64,000 bases of DNA, from the NCBI GenBank assembly GCA_009991425.1, contig JAACWH010000033.1:302-64301 (forward strand), written 5' to 3'. Each line of letters begins with the position of its first letter. The stretch's first letter is position 1. Source of the stretch: Leptospira sp. (GTDB lineage Bacteria; Spirochaetota; Leptospiria; Leptospirales; Leptospiraceae). This document shows positions 53,113 to 60,795 of the stretch, piece by piece. The notes below the pieces were generated by a model. The model was given only the letters and a program-made list of their open reading frames with translations, was not told where the DNA came from and made no database searches. Both the position numbers and the translations under genes were made by a program.

Positions 53113-53286
53113 AAAAAATCCATAGTAAAAACTATGGACTCGAAGTAAAATGAATCATGCTACATTTATTAGACAGATGAATTTAAAAATTTATCAAAAT
53201 TGTTTGACTTTTAAGAACTAAATAACAGATCTTATAGATATACTTTCATATTAAGGGCAATATATTCTTGTTTTAAATTATTTTTC

Positions 53287-54126
53287 ATGAAATTTCTTAA
53301 TAAAGCAGCAAGATTTCTTCTTATTATAATTTTTGTCGTAATTATAGATAGTTTTCTCTTTGAAAGATACTACACTGCATTTCCCGAGATAGACTACTAC
53401 AATCCTAAAATTCCTTCTGAATTTGATGGTTATAGAATCGCAGTCATCAGTGATCTCCATTATGGGAGCCTTGATCCTGAATTTTGGATACGTTGGGTAC
53501 TGGAGCGGACTATGAAAGAAAATCCCGACCTGATTGTAGGAGTGGGTGATTATGTTAAGAAAAGCCGACACGACGATGAACTTCTTGCAGTATGGCCTTT
53601 AATAAATAATTTGCGAGCAAAAGATGGAGTCCTACTCGTAAATGGCAACCACGATCATTGGGCAAATGATAAATTGACCCGACATCTATTGCGAGATAGT
53701 GGTAAGTCAATTGAGAACAAATCAAAGTGGATTCAGAAATCAAATGCCAAAATTTTGATCGCTGGTCTTGGAGACCTCTGGGAAAATCCAACTAACCCTG
53801 ATTCTGTCTTAAATACTTCAACTGAAAATTCTTTTAGAATTGTAATTGCTCACAATCCTGATTCTTCGAATCTAAAGCACAAACAAAAAGTAGATTTATA
53901 TCTAACAGGTCATACTCATGGCGGACAAGTTCGAATCCCGATTTTTGATTATTCTCCCATACTACCTGTTAAAAACTCAAACTTTGACAAAGGAATGAAA
54001 AAAAATCGATATAAGGAAGATGTCTTTATATCAGCAGGAATTGGGTGGTCGATACTTCCTATAAGATTTTTCTGTCGTTCGGAAGTTCCTATCATCACTC
54101 TTAGATCTATCCAAGGGACAGAATGA
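53287..54126 (+). CDS. Metallophosphoesterase (calcineurin-like)
   Basis: 'ISDLHYG', 'GVGDYV', 'NGNHDHW' and 'TGHTHGGQ'. One N-terminal TM helix. Confidence 0.85.
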   Translation: MKFLNKAARFLLIIIFVVIIDSFLFERYYTAFPEIDYYNPKIPSEFDGYRIAVISDLHYGSLDPEFWIRWVLERTMKENPDLIVGVGDYVKKSRHDDELLAVWPLINNLRAKDGVLLVNGNHDHWANDKLTRHLLRDSGKSIENKSKWIQKSNAKILIAGLGDLWENPTNPDSVLNTSTENSFRIVIAHNPDSSNLKHKQKVDLYLTGHTHGGQVRIPIFDYSPILPVKNSNFDKGMKKNRYKEDVFISAGIGWSILPIRFFCRSEVPIITLRSIQGTE

Positions 54127-54662
54127 ACTGTCCAAGCTGTGCTGGTAAACTATATAAATACAAAACTCATGACGCAGCCTATATGATATGCGATTCCTGC
54201 TTCGGACATTATTTTCTTGAAGCAGATATCAAAAAATTACACAAACCTAAAATTTGGGATCAAATCATATCAGATGCGAAACCAATCAAAAGTAAAAGGA
54301 AAATTCCTTGCATAAAATGTAAAAATAAAATGGTTGAGATCGAGGTAAATAACAATGATCAAATAGTTAAAATTGATCGTTGTCATAATTGCAAAATACT
54401 TTGGTTAGACCAAGATGAGATAGAATATCTACAAGCAGAAAAATGTGATTTGGAAAATGCTCTTAACAAAGAAAAAATCATATCTGAAATCGATACTATC
54501 AATATGAATTCTCTAATAGAATCCAAATTGGCTGAGGTCTACCTAGACAGCCAACTGCAAGATATGAAGCTTATGCGAAAAGAACTAAAGAAAAGAGAAA
54601 AGCAATCGAATGCATATAAAAATTCTGATGGATGGGAAATTTTTGAAGATTTCCTCTATTAG
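54123..54662 (+). CDS. Double zinc-ribbon protein (TFIIB-type zinc-ribbon, PF13453-like)
   Basis: 'CPSCAG...CDSCFGHYF' and 'CIKCKNKM...CHNCKILWLDQDE'. It overlaps the phosphoesterase gene by 4 nt. Confidence 0.65.
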   Translation: MNCPSCAGKLYKYKTHDAAYMICDSCFGHYFLEADIKKLHKPKIWDQIISDAKPIKSKRKIPCIKCKNKMVEIEVNNNDQIVKIDRCHNCKILWLDQDEIEYLQAEKCDLENALNKEKIISEIDTINMNSLIESKLAEVYLDSQLQDMKLMRKELKKREKQSNAYKNSDGWEIFEDFLY

Positions 54663-55326
54663 ACCCTGCCCTCGTTGTGATTTACCTCTTGTAAAGAGAA
54701 ATACTAAAAAAGGTAATATACAATACTGTACAAATTGTTCAGGATCTTTCTATCATAGATCTTATATTTTTAGCAATAAACATTCTAAGTTAATTTCCCT
54801 TATCAATTCAAATTTAGAAAAATCTCCAAATGTATTGAACATAAAATGTCCTAATTGCCAATTAACTATGCAACAAATTGTTTATACATTTAAAAATGAA
54901 GATATAATTTTAGATGTCTGCCCATCCTGCAAAGGATTGTGGTTCGATGCCTTTGAGAGTAAAATTTTAAATGATACATCTCCTAGCCAAAATAAGATTA
55001 CAGTATCAAATCAGTTTCTAAAGATACCAAGAAACATTCATGATAGAGATTTAGAAAAAATCATTAATAGTATAAAAAAAACTAACTCTCAAAATGATAA
55101 AGATATACCTCCACAATCTTCACAAGAGAAATATATTCCAGATTTTTATAGTATTGCCATTGTTATCATTTTAGCTACTCTCACCATAATGAATTTGATA
55201 CTTGATATGAGCCTTCAGAAACAATTAATAGGAATCATAATTAGTATGGCTTTTTCCTATATAATTAAATTTATCATTAAAGTGTTAAGAGACGTTTTTG
55301 GTAAAATAAAAGATCGGAAATTATGA
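54610..55326 (+). CDS. Double zinc-ribbon protein with C-terminal TM helices (paralogue of the preceding gene)
   Basis: 'CPRCDLPL...CTNCSGSFY' and 'CPNCQLTM...CPSCKGLWFDAFE', plus a hydrophobic C-terminus. The start is uncertain (54610 or 54628). Confidence 0.6.
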   Translation: MHIKILMDGKFLKISSIRPCPRCDLPLVKRNTKKGNIQYCTNCSGSFYHRSYIFSNKHSKLISLINSNLEKSPNVLNIKCPNCQLTMQQIVYTFKNEDIILDVCPSCKGLWFDAFESKILNDTSPSQNKITVSNQFLKIPRNIHDRDLEKIINSIKKTNSQNDKDIPPQSSQEKYIPDFYSIAIVIILATLTIMNLILDMSLQKQLIGIIISMAFSYIIKFIIKVLRDVFGKIKDRKL

Positions 55327-55632
55327 GTCATTTGCAATAAATAAAACCAAAGAGGAATACAACTTTTTTCTAAAAAGATATCCACAAGGATATCATGTTT
55401 ATTTCGAAAAGATAAAAATATAAGAGAGCAAGGCGATCTATAGAATCGCCCAGTATATTGCATTTGGAATCTTTCATAATAACCAGATTCAGAAGGTAGA
55501 CTCCACTCAACAAACATTAACGTTCCATTAAAAAAAAGCAATGTAGAATCCAGAACAAAAATAAAATCTTACCAAAGTTTAACGATGCCCATCGATGAAT
55601 TTCTAACTCGAATGTTATTTTTTCTTCCAATA

Positions 55633-55743
55633 TATAATTGCCTTTAAGCCAACCAGCTCGCTATAATGGAACTGTGTCTCTGAATTCTTGGAATTTAATC
55701 TTGATTTGGTGGCTTAGTCTTGGAAAACCACAAGCAATTTCCA
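55633..55743 (+). repeat. Copy A of a ~111-nt dispersed direct repeat
   Basis: Hand alignment with 58757-58867 gives about 84 of 112 aligned columns identical (~75%). The shared core is 'gtcttggaaaacca' ... 'atttcca'. Confidence 0.6.
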
Positions 55744-55818
55744 CTTTTGTGGAATTGTTGCATATTTTTAAAAAAAATGATTTGAATTAATTTTTTAGTC
55801 TTTTCCATTTTAATTTCA

Positions 55819-55847
55819 TTGACAACAGTTTTCTAGGAAACTATTAA
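55819..55847 (+). promoter_or_regulatory. Candidate sigma-70 promoter with an imperfect palindrome in the spacer (possible MarR operator)
   Basis: TTGACA (55819-55824), 17-nt spacer 'acagttttctaggaaac' and TATTAA (55842-55847), upstream of the TTG start at 55874. Confidence 0.35.
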
Positions 55848-55873
55848 TGACTAATTAGGATGGATTTAATAAT

Positions 55874-56344
55874 TTGATAAAGTCTGTAAAGGTTGATGCG
55901 AGTTCACTCAAGTCACATATTGGATACCGTTTAAGAGTTGTATCTAATGCTGTTTCTCATTCTTTTGCTAAAGCGCTGTCGTCTAGTGATGTGACTGTTG
56001 CTGAGTGGGTAGTTCTTCGTGAGATGTATTCAGAAAATAAAATTACTTCTTCGAGTAATATTGCAGATATCACAGGTCTCACTAGAGGAGCCGTATCTAA
56101 GCTTATCGACAGATTATTCAACAAAGGACTACTTTCAAGAGTAGAATCTTCTAATGATAGACGGTATCAAGATATACAGCTTACATCTAAAGCATTAAAG
56201 CTTGTGCCAAGATTAGCTAAGATAGCAGATGATAATGATAATAAATTTTTTTCCATTCTAACAGAAATAGAAAAATTAACACTTATGAAAACTCTCATTA
56301 AAATATCGGAATATCATAAGCTAAATACAAATCCAATAGAGTAA
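55874..56344 (+). CDS. MarR family transcriptional regulator
   Basis: 'VTVAEWVVLREMY...SNIADITGLTRGAVSKLIDRLFNKGLLSRVESSNDRR'. Confidence 0.85.
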   Translation: MIKSVKVDASSLKSHIGYRLRVVSNAVSHSFAKALSSSDVTVAEWVVLREMYSENKITSSSNIADITGLTRGAVSKLIDRLFNKGLLSRVESSNDRRYQDIQLTSKALKLVPRLAKIADDNDNKFFSILTEIEKLTLMKTLIKISEYHKLNTNPIE

Positions 56345-56355
56345 GAGGAATTTAG

Positions 56356-56778
56356 ATGACTTCAATCACAGATAAATTATTAGAAACGCAAAAAAAAGCT
56401 ATATCACTCCGTCCTAAAGTAGGGGGCTTTCCTATTTTTGCAGAAGTGCTTCGGCAAGCCGGTATCAAAATGAATCGATGGTTTTTACCTTCTTGTCAAT
56501 CTATTTATATAATGGAGGAAGGATCTGTTCTTCAGCAAGGAAATCCTATTGTAACTGGTACCCACGAAATACCTAAGTTTAACAAAGATAATTTAATTTT
56601 AGCATTAAGAACTGACCAGGCTGGCGATTCCACATTTCCAGAATTTTTAGTTTCTGTATGGAAAGCTGGAGTTATTAGTTATGATGCAGATTTTAATGGA
56701 AGAAAAGTAATTTATTATGGTGTAAATGGAGAAAAATATTTAGAAGAATACCAAACTGTAGAGATTGATCATTCCTAA
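56356..56778 (+). CDS. DUF1398-like protein
   Basis: 140 aa. The overall pattern ('FPIFAEVLRQAGI', 'YDADFNGRKVIYYG') recalls DUF1398/YbcV, from memory. Confidence 0.55.
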   Translation: MTSITDKLLETQKKAISLRPKVGGFPIFAEVLRQAGIKMNRWFLPSCQSIYIMEEGSVLQQGNPIVTGTHEIPKFNKDNLILALRTDQAGDSTFPEFLVSVWKAGVISYDADFNGRKVIYYGVNGEKYLEEYQTVEIDHS

Positions 56779-56890
56779 GATTGAAGTTTTGTTGTGTGGC
56801 ATCCAATTAGCATTTGTATCATAATTCATGAAATAGAATTGCCGTTTTTTCGGTTGACAAAAAATTAATACGAACGATCGTGCTTATATT

Positions 56891-57508
56891 ATGACTAAAG
56901 GTGAAGAAACCAAATCCATAATTCTTCGGAAGGCTCTGAATCTTGCTAGTGTTCAAGGTTTGGGTGGAATTACAATCGGAAGCCTTGCTCTTGATTTGAA
57001 TATGTCGAAGAGTGGACTTTTTGGTAAATTTCAATCGAAAGAGAATCTTCAGATCGATGTATTGAAAATGGGTTCAGAACTTTTTCGAAGGCGAGTGATC
57101 TATCCAAGCCTGAAAGCAAAGCCAGGAACAGAAAGGCTAAATGTGGCATTTACATCTTGGTTAGATTGGGAGAATGGATCGGATCTTCCTGGTGGTTGTA
57201 TATTTCTTGCCAGTATATCAGATCTAGATGATAAACCTGGCTTAGTTCGAGATTATTTGCTGAAGACGCAAAAAGAATGGATACAAATCTTGCGACAATA
57301 TCTGAATGAAGCACAGGAACTCAATTCTACGAAGATCAAGAAAGCAAATCAAGATGCGAATGTAAATACGGACTCACTTGTCCAAGAGATTTGGGGCTTG
57401 GTATTGAGTTATCATTTCTACAATCGATTTCTAAAAGATAAAAAATCAAAAGCTCAGACAATGGAGATTTTTAATCAATTTTTAAAACGATATTTTAAAA
57501 CTAAGTAG
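56891..57508 (+). CDS. TetR/AcrR family transcriptional regulator
   Basis: HTH 'ITIGSLALDLNMSKSGLFGKFQSKENL'. Confidence 0.85.
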   Translation: MTKGEETKSIILRKALNLASVQGLGGITIGSLALDLNMSKSGLFGKFQSKENLQIDVLKMGSELFRRRVIYPSLKAKPGTERLNVAFTSWLDWENGSDLPGGCIFLASISDLDDKPGLVRDYLLKTQKEWIQILRQYLNEAQELNSTKIKKANQDANVNTDSLVQEIWGLVLSYHFYNRFLKDKKSKAQTMEIFNQFLKRYFKTK

Positions 57509-57544
57509 ATTGTTATTATGAATTAAAAAGGAAAGAGGAAAACA

Positions 57545-58501
57545 ATGGAAAATCAGTTGAATAATAAAAGCACGAACGTTCGTTCTCAAAAAAATGCAAT
57601 GGTGGCTGAGTTAGAAAATGATGGTGAGGATTTCAATGATTCAATAGAGGCGAAATTTAGGATTTCATCTGTCAATGATAGATGGTCTTATCAAGCTAAG
57701 ATAGATTCTACAAGATCTAAAGGCAGAAATTTTGGATTGGTGGGAGCTCATATTTTTTTATCAACCAAACGCGTCAGACCCTCTCGGAAGGAAATGGATG
57801 TGATCAACTCTTCTAATCAAAATTATTTTCTGTTAGATGATAAAAAAGTAAAATTCTATCAATGGGGAAGTGAAGGTAAATTAATCTTTCTTGTTCATGG
57901 TTGGAATGGGAATGTTGGAAATTTTTCACGGTTTGTTCAAGACCTTATTACAAATAGATATCGTATAGTAGGAATTGATCTTCCTGGTCATGGCAATTCA
58001 GAAGGTCGATATTCAAATGCAGTGCTTGCGAGTAGAGCAGTTGCAGAATTATCTCGAATTGTAGGTAATCCTTATGCATTTATCACTCACTCTTTTGGAG
58101 GAGCGGCAGCAACTATCGCGCAAGAGTTGGGAGTGCAAGCTGAACGTTTGGTTTATATCTGTCCTCCGCGTGATCTATTAAGTATTACTCTAGGATTTGC
58201 TGGTTTCTGGAAGTTCAGCAATGAGGAAATACAACAAACTAAGGAATCTATTGAATTAAAAGTGGGTCATAAACTTGCTGACTTGGATCTAATACGAATT
58301 GGCAAAATGCTCAATAATAAATTGCTTTTGATCCATGATAAGGACGACAATGAGATTCCTTTTTCATTTGGCGAAAAAGTCTCCCAAGCTTGGTCTCAAT
58401 CAGAATTTCTTTTAACTTCAGGACTAGGTCATCGGATGATTCTTCGGGATGAAGGGATTAAATTAAAAGTTTTAGATTTTTTAGAAAATGGCTTCGTTTA
58501 A
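57545..58501 (+). CDS. Alpha/beta hydrolase
   Basis: 'FLVHGWNGN', nucleophile elbow 'THSFGG' and 'HDKDDNEIP'. Confidence 0.8.
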   Translation: MENQLNNKSTNVRSQKNAMVAELENDGEDFNDSIEAKFRISSVNDRWSYQAKIDSTRSKGRNFGLVGAHIFLSTKRVRPSRKEMDVINSSNQNYFLLDDKKVKFYQWGSEGKLIFLVHGWNGNVGNFSRFVQDLITNRYRIVGIDLPGHGNSEGRYSNAVLASRAVAELSRIVGNPYAFITHSFGGAAATIAQELGVQAERLVYICPPRDLLSITLGFAGFWKFSNEEIQQTKESIELKVGHKLADLDLIRIGKMLNNKLLLIHDKDDNEIPFSFGEKVSQAWSQSEFLLTSGLGHRMILRDEGIKLKVLDFLENGFV

Positions 58502-58526
58502 AATTTATTTGTAGTTAAAAAAACAA

Positions 58527-58556
58527 AAGCCATTCTCTTGGATTAGCAAATGGCTT
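58527..58556 (-). terminator. Hairpin with a T-run on the minus strand (possible bidirectional terminator)
   Basis: Stem 'aagccatt'/'aatggctt' with a 14-nt loop. On the minus strand it is followed by 'ttgttttttt'. Confidence 0.35.
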
Positions 58557-58603
58557 CTCGTGAACTTGATTAGATAGTGATTTTTGTTTCTATATACTAA
58601 CAA

Positions 58604-58855
58604 TTAGTAAGTCCTTTTAAGATCACCAATATCAACAATTCTTCGAACTAAGAAATTGTTCTTATCTTTGTTTGGGTCAAATATCAGAATCCCAATTTTG
58701 TTAGAGGTCAAAAAGTTCGGTCTAAATTGGGTGTGGTGATGTGTAATAATAGTAAATATAGTTGTCTTTAAGCCAAACAGCTTCCTAAAATGGGGATTGC
58801 GTCTCGAATATTGAGATTCCCTTCTAGATTTGGGGGCATGGTCTTGGAAAACCAT
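58604..58855 (-). CDS. Hypothetical 83-aa ORF whose 5' third lies in repeat copy B
   Basis: 'MVFQDHAPKSRRESQYSRRNPHFRKLFGLK...'. The equivalent frame in copy A is interrupted ('VVFQD*'). Coding status is uncertain. Confidence 0.3.
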   Translation of the reverse strand: MVFQDHAPKSRRESQYSRRNPHFRKLFGLKTTIFTIITHHHTQFRPNFLTSNKIGILIFDPNKDKNNFLVRRIVDIGDLKRTY

Positions 58856-58867
58856 GAGCGATTTCCA
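58757..58867 (+). repeat. Copy B of the ~111-nt dispersed direct repeat
   Basis: See copy A. This copy contains the hairpin 'catggt-cttggaaa-accatg'. Confidence 0.6.
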
Positions 58868-58906
58868 ATTTAGCTGGTTAAATATTAGTTTTCTTTTATT
58901 TTTTCT

Positions 58907-59101
58907 TTAGAATTTAATTTGATGAATGGGGTTTTCTATGCCTTTGTATTTTGCAAAACCAATAGGATCCTGTTTGGCAAAATTAATCTCTTCAATCGAA
59001 TCAGCGCCCAAGATGTTCAGGAAATTAGGAATAATTACTAAGCTTGAAGCCAGTAAACTTGAATTAAGGAATGATTTTCTAGAGAATCTGATCTTATCCA
59101 T
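58907..59101 (-). CDS. Short ORF with a Tat-like signal fragment (possible 5' remnant of a periplasmic enzyme gene)
   Basis: 'MDKIRFSRKSFLNSSLLASSLVI' loosely resembles the S-R-R-x-F-L-K pattern (RK variant). It is only 64 aa. Confidence 0.3.
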   Translation of the reverse strand: MDKIRFSRKSFLNSSLLASSLVIIPNFLNILGADSIEEINFAKQDPIGFAKYKGIENPIHQIKF

Positions 59102-59140
59102 TAACTAATTATTCAGTAACTTTCATAAAGATTCAAGAAA

Positions 59141-60268
59141 TTAATAATATGCTATTCGAAATAAATCGCAAGCATTCTTATAAAGAATCTTATGCTTTGC
59201 CTCAGTAGAAATAGGAAAATTCAAAATATTCGAAATAGGATGGCTGAGATTGTACGGAATGTTCGGAAAATCAGAACCAAAATAAATTCGATCTGCGTAT
59301 TTTTCTAAATTATCAATATATTTATCCGGCTTGCTTCCTGTTGCCAAATAATCCACAAAAACCATAGTTGTATCTAAGGCTAACTGAGGATAAATGTCCA
59401 ATAAGGAAGCATATTCCTCCATCTCATATGCACCCATATGAGCAACGATAACTTTTAGATTTGGAAAGGCCTCCATGAAAGGTCGAAAGTATTTATAACC
59501 AGTAAACTCACCAGGCAAAGGTGCAGTTCCAGTATGAATGAGAATTGGAATTTGATCTTTTTCTAAATATTGAAATGTAGATCTTAATTCAGGAGTATTT
59601 AAATCCAACTTAGATACTTCACAGTGCAATTTGAAACCTTGGAATCCAAACTCTTCCACTGCTTGCTTCACATAAGCTTCTACACCAGGCTCTGGGTAAA
59701 ATGTACCAAAATGTATCATATTCTTTGTATCTTTATGAGTCTCATGGACCCATTGGTTTAATCCTCTCGCCATATTAGGCTTATGCGCATAGTTTAAACT
59801 TGTAAAATACTTTATTTTATTGCGAGTAAGAGCATCTAAGCGATATTCTTCTTTTCCCTTATAAGTGATACCCCAACCAACTCCATCGAACCACTTCCAG
59901 ATAGCGCGCATTACAGAGAGTGGAAAAAAGTGGGTATGAATATCAAAGATAAAAGGAATCTTATATTTTTCCATCAAACCTAGATGAGTCACTTCATCTA
60001 TATTGGATGGAGGATTATGTGGATCACGCCAAGCAAGTATAGGTCGAATCGATGAATCAATGTTATTTGATGAATTAATGTTTACATTTGATTCTATTTC
60101 TTTGAAATTTGATTCTATTGAATGGATTTCTTTGGAAGATAATTCTAGAATATCATTGTGAATGTGATTGTTGGATTGAATCTTATCCAAAGAATTTTGA
60201 AAACAGGCAAAGCAGGGTTGGATCATTGTTTTCTGATTCATGGTTTCAGAAATTAAACATTGAATCAA
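59141..60268 (-). CDS. Amidohydrolase-2 (TIM-barrel metal-dependent hydrolase) family protein
   Basis: 'IPFIFDIHTHFF', 'FKLHCEV' and 'VAHMG'. It has a ~90-aa low-complexity N-terminal extension, and the start is uncertain. Confidence 0.75.
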   Translation of the reverse strand: MIQCLISETMNQKTMIQPCFACFQNSLDKIQSNNHIHNDILELSSKEIHSIESNFKEIESNVNINSSNNIDSSIRPILAWRDPHNPPSNIDEVTHLGLMEKYKIPFIFDIHTHFFPLSVMRAIWKWFDGVGWGITYKGKEEYRLDALTRNKIKYFTSLNYAHKPNMARGLNQWVHETHKDTKNMIHFGTFYPEPGVEAYVKQAVEEFGFQGFKLHCEVSKLDLNTPELRSTFQYLEKDQIPILIHTGTAPLPGEFTGYKYFRPFMEAFPNLKVIVAHMGAYEMEEYASLLDIYPQLALDTTMVFVDYLATGSKPDKYIDNLEKYADRIYFGSDFPNIPYNLSHPISNILNFPISTEAKHKILYKNACDLFRIAYY

Positions 60269-60375
60269 TTATTTTTTTAACTTGTCGTGCATAAAAAATT
60301 TGTTTTTTATCTAATCTCTTTCAATAAAGTCTCGACGTTAACCTATAATTCTATTAGTAGTTTAAATAAAGAATC

Positions 60376-60660
60376 GATGCGACTAACGGATGATATAAAT
60401 AATTTAACCGCAAGAATGAAAGAAGTTATGGATCAATTACCAGCCCAAAACCATGCATGCAGTTAAGAATGGTAAATTTCGTTATCTTTTTGAATACAAT
60501 ATTATTAATATAAAACATCTAGAAAAACCAGTGTTTGGAAATCTTTGGAGGAATGGGTTAACAGTTCATCAGAGAATGGAAGTATTGCACCTATTAACAA
60601 TAAGCTCTATAAGTGGATGATTGATCTGAAAAAACTTTCCAGTTTAGTCAGCATTTAATT
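60376..60660 (+). pseudogene. Frame-broken gene debris upstream of the toxin cassette
   Basis: Three short ORFs follow each other in different frames: 'MRLTDDINNLTARMKEVMDQLPAQNHACS*', 'MHAVKNGKFRYLFEYNIINIKHLEKPVFGNLW...*' and '...SLEEWVNSSSENGSIAPINNKLYKWMIDLKKLSSLVSI*'. Confidence 0.25.
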
Positions 60661-60795
60661 GATCAAAATATATTTTTGCTGAATCGAAATTATAAAACTA
60701 TTTTTGATTAGGTTTTTTTAAGATGATTTATTCTAAGAATTAATCTTAACGCAATAAAAAGAAAAATTCATAGAATAACAATACCCTATGAGCCA

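Noticed and set aside
53119-53138. Perfect 8-bp hairpin 'tccatagt-aaaa-actatgga' right after the DUF4281 gene stop, considered as a terminator
   Set aside because: There is no downstream T-run on the plus strand. The A-run lies upstream, which would suit a minus-strand terminator, but no credible minus-strand gene ends there. I left it uncalled.
53278-53571. 97-aa minus-strand ORF
   Set aside because: It is antisense to the 5' end of the well-supported metallophosphoesterase gene and gives an AT-rich low-complexity translation.
53925-53950. 'gttcgaatccc' T-loop-like string suggesting a tRNA
   Set aside because: There are no flanking complementary T-stem or acceptor sequences. It lies inside the metallophosphoesterase CDS ('GGQVRIPIF').
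55257-55541. 94-aa minus-strand ORF next to repeat copy A
   Set aside because: It overlaps the 3' end of the zinc-ribbon gene, has no ribosome-binding site and has no similarity to the ORF associated with repeat copy B. It is probably non-coding or decayed.
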